A stretch of DNA of 64,000 bases, from positions 224,001 through 288,000 of the forward strand of contig OZ244048.1 of assembly GCA_965215265.1 (NCBI GenBank), given 5' to 3'. Below the pieces are notes generated by a model. That model saw nothing but the letters and a program-made list of their open reading frames with translations. It was not told the origin of the DNA and ran no database searches. This DNA is from Candidatus Poribacteria bacterium. Lineage in GTDB: Bacteria; Poribacteria; WGA-4E; WGA-3G. Position numbers and translations under genes: made by a program. Below are positions 31,301-42,139 of this stretch, one piece after another (position 1 is the stretch's first letter; the number at the start of each line of letters is the position of its first letter).

Positions 31301-32770
31301 ATGGTTCAAGAAAGACGCATTCTTTACGAACACTTGGATGTGCCCAATATTAATACCTTTGATGTGTTTCGCCAGTACGAGGGATATACCCGTTTTGAGA
31401 AGACAATCGCAGAGTACCAACCTGATGATATTTCCAAAATCGTGATGGATTCAGGATTGAAAGGCAGGGGCGGGGCAGGGTTTTCCACCGGATTAAAATG
31501 GAGTTTTGTCCCTAAGGATATCAAACCTTGTTATCTCTGTTGCAACGCTGACGAAAGTGAACCTGGCACTTTTAGTAATCGCTATGTGCTGGAAAAGAAT
31601 CCGCATCTCCTCATTGAAGGCATTCTTATCTGTTGCTATGCCATGGGTATTGAGACTTGCTATGTCTATATCCGTGGTGAATTTACGCTCGGGAAAAAGA
31701 AGTTGGATGCCGCCATCAAAGAGGCCTACGCCCACGGGTACCTCGGTAAAAACATTCGCGGTACAGGGTTGAACGTTGATATCTACACGCATCCAGGTGC
31801 CGGTGCCTATATCTGTGGTGAAGAGACCGGGCTCATTGAATCGCTTGAAGGGAAACGTGGACAACCACGGAATAAGCCACCTTTCCCTGCTGTTGAAGGC
31901 GTGTTTAGAAAACCGACCGTCGTACAAAATGTGGAAACCTTGTGCAACTTGCCATTTATTGTCGGAAACGGGGTTGAATGGTACACACAGATGGGCCCAA
32001 CGTACGGTGACACACGCTTCGACCCGCCTAAGCCGGATCCGAACACCGGCACTAAACTTTACTGCATCAGTGGCGATGTGAACGAACCGGGGGTTTATGA
32101 ACTTGAACTCGGATTAACTTGTGCTGAACTCATTGAGGTTGCAGGCGGCATCCGTGGCGAACAAGTGAAGGCAGTCATCCCGGGCGGGAGCTCAGCCCCA
32201 ATTTTGACACACTATGAGCTAGACACCCGGCTCGATTTTACTTCATTGACACTCGCTAAATCGATGCTCGGTTCAGGCGGTATCATTGTGATGAACGAAA
32301 CACGAAATATCGTTGACTGTCTGCTTAACATCATGAAGTTTTACGCGCATGAATCATGCGGGCAGTGCACGCCTTGCCGCTGGGGCACTCCATGGGTCCG
32401 CGATATTGTCCAACGAATTGCGGACGGAGGAGGACGGCAGAAGACCGTTACACGCCCCAAGTTTGGCATCGCAAAAAACGGTAGATGGAGCGATACCGGC
32501 GAAACTGAGGAAATTTATGAAGATCTTGACTTGCTCGAAAGCGTCGCCAACAATATTGCCAACGTCGATACTATGACATGGAATACTATCTGTGTGTTCG
32601 GTATCGCCGTTTCTTGGCCTGCGGTTAGCTATATGCGGAAATTCCGGCCCGAATTTGAAGCAGCTATCCGCGAAGAAAAATTAACAACACTCGCTGTTGA
32701 AGCAGCAACCGTACCGCCGGAGGAAAACTACGCTTACCAACAACGGATTGTACCGAAAGAAATGGCGTAA
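31301..32770 (+). CDS. nuoF: NADH-quinone oxidoreductase F
   Basis: GRGGAGF, NADESEPG, YICGEET, ESCGQCTPCR. Confidence 0.96.
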   Translation: MVQERRILYEHLDVPNINTFDVFRQYEGYTRFEKTIAEYQPDDISKIVMDSGLKGRGGAGFSTGLKWSFVPKDIKPCYLCCNADESEPGTFSNRYVLEKNPHLLIEGILICCYAMGIETCYVYIRGEFTLGKKKLDAAIKEAYAHGYLGKNIRGTGLNVDIYTHPGAGAYICGEETGLIESLEGKRGQPRNKPPFPAVEGVFRKPTVVQNVETLCNLPFIVGNGVEWYTQMGPTYGDTRFDPPKPDPNTGTKLYCISGDVNEPGVYELELGLTCAELIEVAGGIRGEQVKAVIPGGSSAPILTHYELDTRLDFTSLTLAKSMLGSGGIIVMNETRNIVDCLLNIMKFYAHESCGQCTPCRWGTPWVRDIVQRIADGGGRQKTVTRPKFGIAKNGRWSDTGETEEIYEDLDLLESVANNIANVDTMTWNTICVFGIAVSWPAVSYMRKFRPEFEAAIREEKLTTLAVEAATVPPEENYAYQQRIVPKEMA

Positions 32771-32826
32771 AAGATACTAAAGAAGCTGAAAAATACGGTT
32801 ACGGGAAAAAAGGAACGCGAACCCTT

Positions 32827-34500
32827 ATGGCTTTTATAAAACTGAATGACCTCGAGGTAGAGGTCGAAGATGGAACGAATGTAGTTGAAGCCGCGAGGCA
32901 GCACGGTATTGAAGTACCGCACTACTGTTATCACCCTGGACTCAGCCGTCCAGCGAATTGCAGGATGTGCCTCGTAGAACCTCACGTTTTCTTCCCACCC
33001 GCCGGAGCAATTGTACCCGATCGGCAGCTCGCCACCGGATGCACAACTGTACTCCGAACAGCCCCACCGGATAGAAAACTTGATGGAAAATATGACTTCA
33101 TCGTGTATACTGATAGCCCACGTGTCAAAAAAGCACGAGAAGATATACTCGAATTCTTGCTCATTCATCATCCTCTCGATTGTCCTGTCTGTGACCAGGC
33201 CGGAGAATGCGATTTGCAAGATTTTAGTTACCGGCACGGACATGACAAGAGCCGGTACCTGGAAGTCAAAAACGTGCCACCCAAGAAAGACCTGGGCCCC
33301 GATGTTTTACTCTACTCTACGCGCTGTATTGTTTGCACGCGATGCATCCGGTTTTGTGAGGAGGTCTCCGGAACAGGCGAACTTGGACTCATTCACCGCG
33401 GCTCTCATGACGAAATTGACATTCCACGTTCACACGATGGTGCCCCCTTGCAGTTGTTAGATAATAAACTTGCTGGTAATGTTGTTGATATCTGTCCCGT
33501 TGGTGCTTTAATCAGTAAGGATTTCCTCTTTAAATCACGTCCATGGTTCATGAAAAAGCAGAGCAGTGTTTGTACTGGATGTAGTGTTGGGTGCAACATT
33601 ACAGTAGAGTACAAAGAGGATGGTGTTTATAGAATCAAACCGCGTTTTCACGCTGAGATTAACCAGCACTGGATGTGTGACGATGGACGTTTGGGTTATC
33701 ACTACGTCAACAGCGACGATAGGCTCCAACTCCCAATGAAACGCATGGAAGGCGAACTGCAGCACACCCATTGGGCTGATGCCTTAGCACTGATTACGGA
33801 AAAATTGTCCGAAACGGACGCTGAGAATATCCTTGTTATCGGTTCCGCACAAGCAACGAACGAGGACAACTACATCTTACAGCAATTCGCTCGTGATGTG
33901 CTAAACACAACACAAATCGGGCTCTTCGGGAATCTCGCCGGCCAGGAGCACAAATTCCCGCAATTTACAATTGAAGCTGACAAAAATCCGAATACCGCCG
34001 GCGCACGAAAAATGCTGAGTGCTGCTGATGGGAATCACGTCTTAGAAGGTGAAGCATTGTGGGAGAAAGTTACTGAAGCGGAACTTGTTTATCTTATCAA
34101 TGGGGCACCGGAACGACTCCTCCAAGAAACAGAGAGAGCAGCCTTAGAAAATGTTGACTTCCTGATCGTTCAAGATGTGTTGCCTTCCGAACTCACACAG
34201 CTGGCAGATGTCGTGTTACCAGGCACAACGTTTACTGAAAAAGATGGTACCTTCACGAATTCAAAGGGATGGGTGCAGCGTATTCGCAAAACAGTGGATG
34301 CGCCAGGTGAGGCGCGCATTGATTGGGAAATCGTTCAACATATCGCGAAGCAGCTAGGCGCAGAGATGGACTATCATTTCGCAGGCGAAATCGCGCAGCA
34401 CATCGCTGAGAATGTGCCCGGGTACAGTGAAGCAACCCACAAAAATATTACTGATAGAGGCATCAAACTAATTCATATATTTCAGCACGACAAAGACTGA
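32827..34500 (+). CDS. nuoG: NADH-quinone oxidoreductase G (short form)
   Basis: CYHP..CRMC, HPLDCPVCDQAGEC, CIVCTRC, CTGCSVGC. Confidence 0.93.
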   Translation: MAFIKLNDLEVEVEDGTNVVEAARQHGIEVPHYCYHPGLSRPANCRMCLVEPHVFFPPAGAIVPDRQLATGCTTVLRTAPPDRKLDGKYDFIVYTDSPRVKKAREDILEFLLIHHPLDCPVCDQAGECDLQDFSYRHGHDKSRYLEVKNVPPKKDLGPDVLLYSTRCIVCTRCIRFCEEVSGTGELGLIHRGSHDEIDIPRSHDGAPLQLLDNKLAGNVVDICPVGALISKDFLFKSRPWFMKKQSSVCTGCSVGCNITVEYKEDGVYRIKPRFHAEINQHWMCDDGRLGYHYVNSDDRLQLPMKRMEGELQHTHWADALALITEKLSETDAENILVIGSAQATNEDNYILQQFARDVLNTTQIGLFGNLAGQEHKFPQFTIEADKNPNTAGARKMLSAADGNHVLEGEALWEKVTEAELVYLINGAPERLLQETERAALENVDFLIVQDVLPSELTQLADVVLPGTTFTEKDGTFTNSKGWVQRIRKTVDAPGEARIDWEIVQHIAKQLGAEMDYHFAGEIAQHIAENVPGYSEATHKNITDRGIKLIHIFQHDKD

Positions 34501-34825
34501 TTTTTTGTATATTTCAGCCCATCAACGCCTGATGTTTTTCGTATATCTCCGTCCCGTCAACGCTTATGTATTAACGGGCGTGTGTAAATCTCGTCGGAGC
34601 CGTTCGCGGTTTAGATTCAATACATCGAAGGGCTCTGACGAGATTTGTACAGGTTTTTACATAATCTATAGATGGCAGGTGGCCGGGTTCGGTTTTCTTG
34701 TCTCTCCTACATGGAGAGATAAAGAATACCTATCCTGCCACAAACGCCTTTATTGGGCTCCTGTAGACGAAAAAGCGAGATTTGGAAAGGGGTTAACATT
34801 ACAACTGCCTTTGTTGTGCTGCAGC
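34476..34825. repeat. Mosaic palindromic repeat between nuoG and nuoH
   Basis: Hairpin AAATCTCGTCGGAGCC..GGCTCTGACGAGATTT, 61-bp TGGC..GCCA hairpin, other modules; 34507-34702 is an inverted copy of 42419-42614. Confidence 0.92.
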
Positions 34826-34845
34826 ATACAAAAAGAGGAGGAACA

Positions 34846-36033
34846 ATGGATTTACCAATTAAAGTTTTTCTTTTAAGTTCAGTCGCTAAAATCATTGTTA
34901 TCGCACATCTGCTTATTATTGGCGTGATGGTTATGATTTGGGCAGAACGCCGCGTAAGCGGCTGGATGCAAGACCGGCTCGGTCCCAACCGTGTCGGGCC
35001 CCTAGGATTGCTCCAACCCATCGCAGACGGGCTCAAATTCTTGTTCAAGGAAGATCTCATCCCAAATCACGTCGACAAGCCGATTTACGTTCTTGCACCA
35101 GCAATGCTTTTGATACCGGCCCTGGTCACAGTTGCAGTTGTACCTTTTGGAAGCGCGATCACGATTGCCGGACATGAAATCCCACTACAAATTGCGGATA
35201 TCAACATCGGTATTTTGTACGTTTTGGCAATTACGTCACTTGGTGTCTACGGTGTCGTACTTGGTGCCTGGGCATCCAATAACAAGTACTCGCTGTTAGG
35301 TGGATTGCGTTCATCTGCTCAGATGATTAGTTATGAATTGACGCTCGGCTTAGCTATTATCGGCGTGTTGATGCTATCCAGCTCACTGAGTTTGCGAGAT
35401 ATTGCATCGGAACAAGGGGCATATCCATGGGGATGGAACTTCCTGATTCACTTCCCCGCGTTCCTGGCATTTACTACGGCGATGTTTGCAGAAACCAACC
35501 GATTGCCGTTTGACCTCGCTGAAGCAGAACAAGAACTTGTCGCAGGCTATCATACGGAATACAGCAGCATGAAATTTGCTATGTTTTTCATGGCAGAATA
35601 TATGAATATGATCGTCGGCTCCGCGGTGACGGTGACGCTCTTCCTAGGCGGTTGGCACTTTTTCGGATTGGAAAATATCGGCGGTCCGGTGCTGAGCGGA
35701 CTTATCTCTTTTGCCATCTTTTTCGTCAAAACCGCAATTTTCCTATTTGTCTTTATCTGGGTACGTTGGACACTTCCACGCTTCCGCTATGATCAATTGA
35801 TGAACCTCGGTTGGAAATTCCTGCTACCGATAGCACTGAGTTCAATCGTCGTCACGGGGTTACTCTGGGTAACAACAGATGGTAACCGGGTCGCGGTAGG
35901 AATTGGGAACGTGGTTGCGGCGTTTATCGTGGTATCCATCGTAGGAGGCTTGCTTGTGATGAATAAACAACCTGAACCTGCAACACCAGAAATTTCTGGT
36001 TTAAGCACGCTTGAACGCAATGTGAACGAATAG
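34846..36033 (+). CDS. nuoH: NADH-quinone oxidoreductase H
   Basis: RLGPNRVGP..QPIADGLK, ETNRLPFDLAEAE, PRFRYDQLM. Confidence 0.96.
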   Translation: MDLPIKVFLLSSVAKIIVIAHLLIIGVMVMIWAERRVSGWMQDRLGPNRVGPLGLLQPIADGLKFLFKEDLIPNHVDKPIYVLAPAMLLIPALVTVAVVPFGSAITIAGHEIPLQIADINIGILYVLAITSLGVYGVVLGAWASNNKYSLLGGLRSSAQMISYELTLGLAIIGVLMLSSSLSLRDIASEQGAYPWGWNFLIHFPAFLAFTTAMFAETNRLPFDLAEAEQELVAGYHTEYSSMKFAMFFMAEYMNMIVGSAVTVTLFLGGWHFFGLENIGGPVLSGLISFAIFFVKTAIFLFVFIWVRWTLPRFRYDQLMNLGWKFLLPIALSSIVVTGLLWVTTDGNRVAVGIGNVVAAFIVVSIVGGLLVMNKQPEPATPEISGLSTLERNVNE

Positions 36034-36045
36034 GAGATTATCCAC

Positions 36046-36549
36046 ATGAACGCAGAACAAATTTTGTTTATCATTTTTGGGTTAATCTCGCTCGCAGGCG
36101 CGATTGCTGTCATTTCGTTTCGTCATCCAATTTACAGTGCACTGTCACTGATTGTGACGTTCTTCTCGCAAGCCGGACTCTTTGTAATTCTTGGTGCACA
36201 TTTTGTAGCCGCTGCGCAAGTGATTGTCTACGCTGGGGCTATTATGGTACTGTTCCTTTTTGTAATTATGCTGTTGAATTTAGGTACCCTCTCCACAAGG
36301 CAGAGTATGGGCGGAAAAGTGAAGGGATTTGCTATCGTTTTGGGCATTCTTCTTGCCGTTGAAGGCATCTACATAGCCGTTAAAACTACCGGCGATGCTG
36401 AGCAGGCTACCGAACCTATAACAACTTACAAGATTGGAGAACTCCTATTCAGCAAGTATCTTTTGCCTTTTGAAGTAACTTCCCTTATACTGCTTGCAGC
36501 GTTAATTGGAGTTCTCGTGCTTGTAAAACGCGAAAAACTAAACACGTAG
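36046..36549 (+). CDS. nuoJ: NADH-quinone oxidoreductase J
   Basis: [26 protein letters not shown]. Confidence 0.95.
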   Translation: MNAEQILFIIFGLISLAGAIAVISFRHPIYSALSLIVTFFSQAGLFVILGAHFVAAAQVIVYAGAIMVLFLFVIMLLNLGTLSTRQSMGGKVKGFAIVLGILLAVEGIYIAVKTTGDAEQATEPITTYKIGELLFSKYLLPFEVTSLILLAALIGVLVLVKREKLNT

Positions 36550-36566
36550 TGCCAGGAGGATTTAAT

Positions 36567-36866
36567 ATGGGATTAGAATACTACCTTATTTTAAGTGCGC
36601 TCCTATTCACAATTGGCGTTATCGGAGTTCTCGTGCGTAGGAACGCGATTATTATTTTTATGTGTATTGAACTGATGCTGAATGCTGCCAACCTCGCTTT
36701 CGTAGCGATCAGTCGTAGCCTTGGTGAAGCGACAGGTCAGGTGTTCGTTTTCTTTGTCATGACTGTCGCCGCTGCCGAAGTCGCAATTGGCCTAGCAATT
36801 ATTGTAAGCGTGTTTAAACATCGCCAAACCATTAATGTAGACGAAGTCAGCTCGCTGAAAGGGTAA
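36567..36866 (+). CDS. nuoK: NADH-quinone oxidoreductase K
   Basis: [20 protein letters not shown]. Confidence 0.95.
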   Translation: MGLEYYLILSALLFTIGVIGVLVRRNAIIIFMCIELMLNAANLAFVAISRSLGEATGQVFVFFVMTVAAAEVAIGLAIIVSVFKHRQTINVDEVSSLKG

Positions 36867-36884
36867 GCAAGGAAGGAAACGAAA

Positions 36885-38771
36885 ATGTCGCGTGAACTCA
36901 TTGTTATTCTGTTAATCTCTCCTCTGATTGGATTCTTGATTAACGGACTATTTGGCAAATTTTTGAAAGGTAACGAAAAATTCAGCGGGTGGATCGGTGC
37001 CCTAGCGGTATTAGTTTCGTTTATCTGTTCCGTTGTGGTGTTCACAAGTGTAAGCAGTGGCCCGGTATTTGATGCCGTGCTTTATGAATGGATCTCAGGG
37101 GATTCGTTCACTTTCAACATCGGTTTCCACGTTGACGCACTCACGACTGTCATGCTATTGGTTATTACCGGTGTAGGGTTCATCATCCACGTCTATTCTA
37201 TCGGGTATATGCATGGCGATGCCGGGTACACACGTTACTTTGCGTATCTGAACCTGTTTGTTTTCGCAATGTTGCTACTGGTACTCGGTAACAATTATTT
37301 GATGATGTTTATTGGCTGGGAGGGAGTTGGGCTCTGCTCTTATCTCCTGATCGGGTTCTGGTACGACAAACAGTCCGCGACGGATGCCGGGAAGAAGGCA
37401 TTTATCGTCAACCGCATCGGTGATTTCGGGTTTCTGTTGGGCATGTTTACACTGTTCGCGGCGTTCGGTAGCCTTGATTTCACGACGATATTTGATAGCG
37501 CGGAGACTCGTAATTTTCAACAGGTTTTCGGTGCAAGTACGCTTGTTATCGCCACACTTTTGCTATTTGTAGGTGCAATTGGGAAATCAGCACAGATTCC
37601 CCTCTACGTCTGGCTTCCGGATGCGATGGAAGGTCCAACGCCTGTCAGTGCCTTAATCCACGCCGCCACAATGGTAACCGCCGGAGTCTATATGATAGCT
37701 CGTTCCGCGGTGCTCTATGATTTGGCGCACACCGGGCAAGTAGTAGCATGGGTAGGAGTTTTGACCGCGCTTTTTGCCGCCACAATAGCTATCACACAGA
37801 ACGATATCAAACGCATCCTCGCTTATTCAACGGTGAGCCAGCTCGGATATATGTTCGTCGGCGTAGGAGTCGGCGCATACGCCTCAGGGGTTTTCCATTT
37901 AATGACACATGCCTTTTTCAAAGGGTTAATGTTCCTCGCCGCAGGCAGTGTGATGCACGCCATGGCGAATGAACTTGATATGCGGAAGATGGGTGGACTA
38001 AGAACCAAGATGCCGATAACGCATTGGACATTCCTTATTGGTGCCCTTGCAATTGCCGGAGTTCCGCTTCTCAGCGGCTTTTGGAGTAAAGATGAGATTC
38101 TGCACAGCGCATGGAGCAGTAGCAAAGCGATTTACATCATCGGCTTGCTCACGGCATTTTTGACAGCATTCTATATGTTCCGGCTCATTTTCGTCACCTT
38201 TTACGGAAAATCGCGTGTGGAATCCGACGTTGCCTCCCACCTCCACGAATCTCCTGCGATAATGTGGGTGCCCTTGGCGATCCTCGCTATTCCATCAGCA
38301 ATCCTCGGTATCCTAGTTGGGTGGGACGGACATAATAGCGTGTTCCATCATTTCACGAAAACTGTTTTTCCAGCGGCACACGGTGAGTCATCTGGCAACG
38401 TTTTCCTATTTATGGTAATCTCAGCAATTGTCGGCCTTGCAGGAATTGCGCTTTCATGGTTGCGATATAAAAATCGCACGCCTTCGGCACAACCCGGAAA
38501 TACTCTCCATAAACTTGTCGCAAACAAATACTACATTGATGAAATATATAACACCGTCTTTGTGCAGCCGATTAAAAACATTTCGCACTATCTATTATGG
38601 CGCGTCGTAGATACCGGCATTATTGATGGTATCGTCAACGGTGTGGCTGCTGCCATCAGGCTCATTGGTGGAACTTTGCGACGGTTGCAAACAGGAGTAG
38701 TTCAAGCCTATATTGTGTCGATGGTGGTGGGTATTGTCTTGTTTCTTGCATACTATCTATTTGTTCGGTGA
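36885..38771 (+). CDS. nuoL: NADH-quinone oxidoreductase L
   Basis: WLPDAMEGPTPVSALIHAATMV, THAFFK. Confidence 0.96.
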   Translation: MSRELIVILLISPLIGFLINGLFGKFLKGNEKFSGWIGALAVLVSFICSVVVFTSVSSGPVFDAVLYEWISGDSFTFNIGFHVDALTTVMLLVITGVGFIIHVYSIGYMHGDAGYTRYFAYLNLFVFAMLLLVLGNNYLMMFIGWEGVGLCSYLLIGFWYDKQSATDAGKKAFIVNRIGDFGFLLGMFTLFAAFGSLDFTTIFDSAETRNFQQVFGASTLVIATLLLFVGAIGKSAQIPLYVWLPDAMEGPTPVSALIHAATMVTAGVYMIARSAVLYDLAHTGQVVAWVGVLTALFAATIAITQNDIKRILAYSTVSQLGYMFVGVGVGAYASGVFHLMTHAFFKGLMFLAAGSVMHAMANELDMRKMGGLRTKMPITHWTFLIGALAIAGVPLLSGFWSKDEILHSAWSSSKAIYIIGLLTAFLTAFYMFRLIFVTFYGKSRVESDVASHLHESPAIMWVPLAILAIPSAILGILVGWDGHNSVFHHFTKTVFPAAHGESSGNVFLFMVISAIVGLAGIALSWLRYKNRTPSAQPGNTLHKLVANKYYIDEIYNTVFVQPIKNISHYLLWRVVDTGIIDGIVNGVAAAIRLIGGTLRRLQTGVVQAYIVSMVVGIVLFLAYYLFVR

Positions 38772-38977
38772 TTTTTGTATACCGCAGCACATCACAAGTC
38801 GCTTTTTCGTCTACAGGAGCCCATCAACGCCTGATGCTTTGCTAATGACTGTGTAAATCTCGTCAGAGCCTCTTTATGCTATGCCTAAGGAATCTCCGAC
38901 GAGATTTACACACGAGTATTTATGACATAAGCGTTGATGGTACGGAGATATACAAAAAACTGAAATATACAAAAAAA
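38771..38977. repeat. Near-complete palindromic repeat between nuoL and nuoM
   Basis: CCATCAACGC..TGTGTAAATCTCGTC.GAG..CTCCGACGAGATTTACACA..GCGTTGATGG; ends TTTTTGTATA / TATACAAAAA. Confidence 0.9.
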
Positions 38978-38987
38978 GGAGGCTTCA

Positions 38988-40568
38988 TTGTTACTTTCAA
39001 TAATCATTTTTTTACCATTGCTCGGCGTGATAGCGATTGCGTTGCTCAGAAGGTTAGGCCCATCTGCTATCAAATGCATCGCACTTGCTATCGGGCTACT
39101 AACCTTTGTCATTTCGCTGGGGCTTTACACCGGGTTTGACACCGATATAGCGGGAATACAACCTAAATTCGAGCAAAATCGAACCTGGATCCAAGGGTTA
39201 GGAGTAAATTACCACATCGGCATTGACGGTATCTCGTTGTGGTTAGTGCTGCTAACGACATTTTTGACACCCGTGTGTATTCTCGCAGCCTGGAACTCAG
39301 TTGAGAAGGGATTGAGCGGCTTCCTCATGTCATTGCTCGCACTTGAGACTGGAATGTTGGGTGTGTTCTGTGCCTTAGACCTATTCCTATTTTTCGTCTT
39401 TTGGGAATCCATGCTCATTCCAATGTATTTTCTCATCGGAATTTGGGGCGGTGAACGCCGCATTTACGCGACTGTGAAGTTTGTACTCTATACGATGGCT
39501 GGCAGTGCCTTGATGCTGGTTGGTATTCTTTACCTTTACTTCCAAAACGACAATAGTTTTGCACTGCTGACGTTATACGAGAAAGCAAGCACGGGAACCT
39601 TCCAGCACGCGAATCTCTTATTTCTTGCATTTTTCATTGCCTTCGCCATAAAAGTGCCGCTCTTTCCATTCCATACCTGGCTGCCAGATGCACACGTAGA
39701 AGCACCGACAGTCGGGAGCGTCATCCTTGCCGGTGTGCTCCTCAAAATGGGTACCTATGGTATCGTCCGATTTTGCCTGCCTCTCTTCCCTGAGGCAGCG
39801 GTTACCTATACCCCTTTGATAGCTACGCTCGCTGTAATCGGCATTATTTATGGCGCGTTGGTGGCGATGGTGCAGCCCGATTTAAAGAAACTGGTAGCCT
39901 ATTCTAGTGTCAGCCACCTCGGCTTTGTGGTGTTAGGGCTTTTTTCCGCACATCACGCAGGCATCCAAGGTGGTGTTCTGCAGATGATTAATCACGGATT
40001 GAGTACGGGGGCACTCTTCCTTTTGGTAGGCATGATTTACGAACGGCGGCACAGTCGAATGATTGTGGACTTCGGCGGTCTTGCGAAAAAGATGCCGATT
40101 TTCGCCACACTCTTTATGATTGCAACTTTATCGTCTATTGGGCTACCGGGGCTGAACGGATTCGTCGGTGAATTTATGATACTGCTCGGCAGTTTTGTCA
40201 GTGGTGCCTTCTCCAAAGTCTACGTCGTACTCGCGGCAACCGGTGTGATTCTTGCAGCCATCTATATGTTATGGATGTTTCAACGTGTCATGTTTGGCAC
40301 GCCTGATAAAATTAACGCCGCACTGCCTGATTTGACAGCGCGTGAATTGATTGTCTTGCTGCCACTCATGCTATTCATTGTTTGGATAGGCGTTTATCCA
40401 AAGCCATTTCTCAGTCGAATGGAGAAGTCTGTAGATGTCGTCGTGAAGCAAGTACGGCGTGGAACAGCTCCAGCAATTGGACAGGTCACCCCTCAAATAG
40501 GGGAAATCTCTGTACCTCAAACGTCCAATAAATCATTTTTACACACGGAGGGAGAAATAAGTCAGTGA
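38988..40568 (+). CDS. nuoM: NADH-quinone oxidoreductase M
   Basis: FAIKVPLFPFHTWLPDAHVEAP, LLKMGTYG; TTG start after AGGAGG. Confidence 0.96.
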   Translation: MLLSIIIFLPLLGVIAIALLRRLGPSAIKCIALAIGLLTFVISLGLYTGFDTDIAGIQPKFEQNRTWIQGLGVNYHIGIDGISLWLVLLTTFLTPVCILAAWNSVEKGLSGFLMSLLALETGMLGVFCALDLFLFFVFWESMLIPMYFLIGIWGGERRIYATVKFVLYTMAGSALMLVGILYLYFQNDNSFALLTLYEKASTGTFQHANLLFLAFFIAFAIKVPLFPFHTWLPDAHVEAPTVGSVILAGVLLKMGTYGIVRFCLPLFPEAAVTYTPLIATLAVIGIIYGALVAMVQPDLKKLVAYSSVSHLGFVVLGLFSAHHAGIQGGVLQMINHGLSTGALFLLVGMIYERRHSRMIVDFGGLAKKMPIFATLFMIATLSSIGLPGLNGFVGEFMILLGSFVSGAFSKVYVVLAATGVILAAIYMLWMFQRVMFGTPDKINAALPDLTARELIVLLPLMLFIVWIGVYPKPFLSRMEKSVDVVVKQVRRGTAPAIGQVTPQIGEISVPQTSNKSFLHTEGEISQ

Positions 40569-42073
40569 CAGCCAAACGTGGGCGCATATGTCTTCCTAAC
40601 ATATCTCAGTTCGCCCTTATAACCCTGATTCTTTTTATAATTTTAGTCTTCGCCGGTCCGGCTGAAGTAGCGCTCGCAGCAGACGAGGCGCACGATAGCC
40701 ATGGCGTGTCCGGCGAGAAACTACCCATCTGGAGTATTATCCCCTTTGTCGGTATATTACTCTGTATTGCGATTATTCCTGTCGTCTGGGAACCGCACTT
40801 CCTCGTTCACCATGGCGGAAAGATGTCCTTAGCATGGGCGTTAATTTTTGCAATTCCGTACCTTGCTGTCTTCCGAGGTGAGGCGTTTTACGATATCCTG
40901 CATATTTACCTGATCGACTATATTCCTTTCATTATTCTGTTATGGGGATTGTTTACTGTCGCAGGCGGCATCCTGGTGCAGGGTACACTGCGCGGCACAC
41001 CGTTAGTAAATACCTTTTTACTGCTCATCGGTACCGCAATTGCCTCCTGGGTGGGGACGACTGGGGCATCAATGCTCCTCATTCGTCCGTTGATTCGTGC
41101 GAATGCCTACCGGAAAAACAAGGTCCATCTCATCATTTTTTTCATCTTCCTTGTCAGTAACATTGGCGGCTCCCTAACGCCCCTGGGAGACCCGCCGCTG
41201 TTTTTAGGATTCCTACACAATGTACCGTTCTTCTGGACAACAACCGCCCTTTTTCCACACATGCTGTTTATTAGTGTCATCTTAATAGTACTTTTCTTCA
41301 TTCTAGACACCTTTATGTTTAAACGCGAAGGCGGGCAGGTTCCAGATGATGGTACCAGCGAACCCATTCGGGTAGAGGGGTTGTTTAACCTTGTTTTCTT
41401 ATTTGGCATCATCGCCGCTGTCTTAATGAGCGGGACCCTGAAACTTGGGGAAGTTAACATACTCGGGGTTCATGTCTACTGGCAGAGCCTTGCACGCGAC
41501 ATTTTAATCGTCGTGATGGGGCTGTTATCCCTCAAATGGACCCCTTTTAGTGGAGAATTACGACAGGCCAACGAATTTTCATGGGAACCGATTGAAGAAG
41601 TGGCCAAGGTGTTCGCCGGTATCTTTATGACAATCATACCGGCATTGGCTATTCTCAAAGCAGGCGAAAATGGGGCACTCGGCGGGTTAAACCGAATGAT
41701 TCAAGAGCCGATGCACTATTTTTGGATAACAGGTATTCTGTCCAGTTTTTTAGACAATGCACCCACGTACTTAACCTTTTTTAATACCGCCCTTGGAAAG
41801 CTGCATCTCACGGAAGACCTCATTCCGCAAATTGTATCTGGACAATTGGCTGAACCGCAGCATCTGGAATTTGTGAAATTGCTAACCGCAATCTCTATCG
41901 GGGCAGTATTTATGGGCGCGAACACCTATATCGGGAACGCCCCGAATTTTATGGTAAAGTCAATTGCAGAGCACAGTCACATTCCTATGCCGAGCTTCTT
42001 CGGTTATATGCTCTGGTCGGTTGTGATCTTAATGCCACTTTTTGTCATTGTGACGTTCGTTTTTTTACTTTAG
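40565..42073 (+). CDS. Putative Na+/H+ antiporter (ion-transporter superfamily)
   Basis: SNIGGSLTPLGDPPLFLGF, SSFLDNAPTY, TYIGNAPNFMVK. Confidence 0.8.
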   Translation: MTAKRGRICLPNISQFALITLILFIILVFAGPAEVALAADEAHDSHGVSGEKLPIWSIIPFVGILLCIAIIPVVWEPHFLVHHGGKMSLAWALIFAIPYLAVFRGEAFYDILHIYLIDYIPFIILLWGLFTVAGGILVQGTLRGTPLVNTFLLLIGTAIASWVGTTGASMLLIRPLIRANAYRKNKVHLIIFFIFLVSNIGGSLTPLGDPPLFLGFLHNVPFFWTTTALFPHMLFISVILIVLFFILDTFMFKREGGQVPDDGTSEPIRVEGLFNLVFLFGIIAAVLMSGTLKLGEVNILGVHVYWQSLARDILIVVMGLLSLKWTPFSGELRQANEFSWEPIEEVAKVFAGIFMTIIPALAILKAGENGALGGLNRMIQEPMHYFWITGILSSFLDNAPTYLTFFNTALGKLHLTEDLIPQIVSGQLAEPQHLEFVKLLTAISIGAVFMGANTYIGNAPNFMVKSIAEHSHIPMPSFFGYMLWSVVILMPLFVIVTFVFLL

Positions 42074-42139
42074 CACATTACAAATTCAAGCACAACGTGA
42101 GTATCATCTGACGCTTATCTCAAAGGATTTGAGCCCTAA

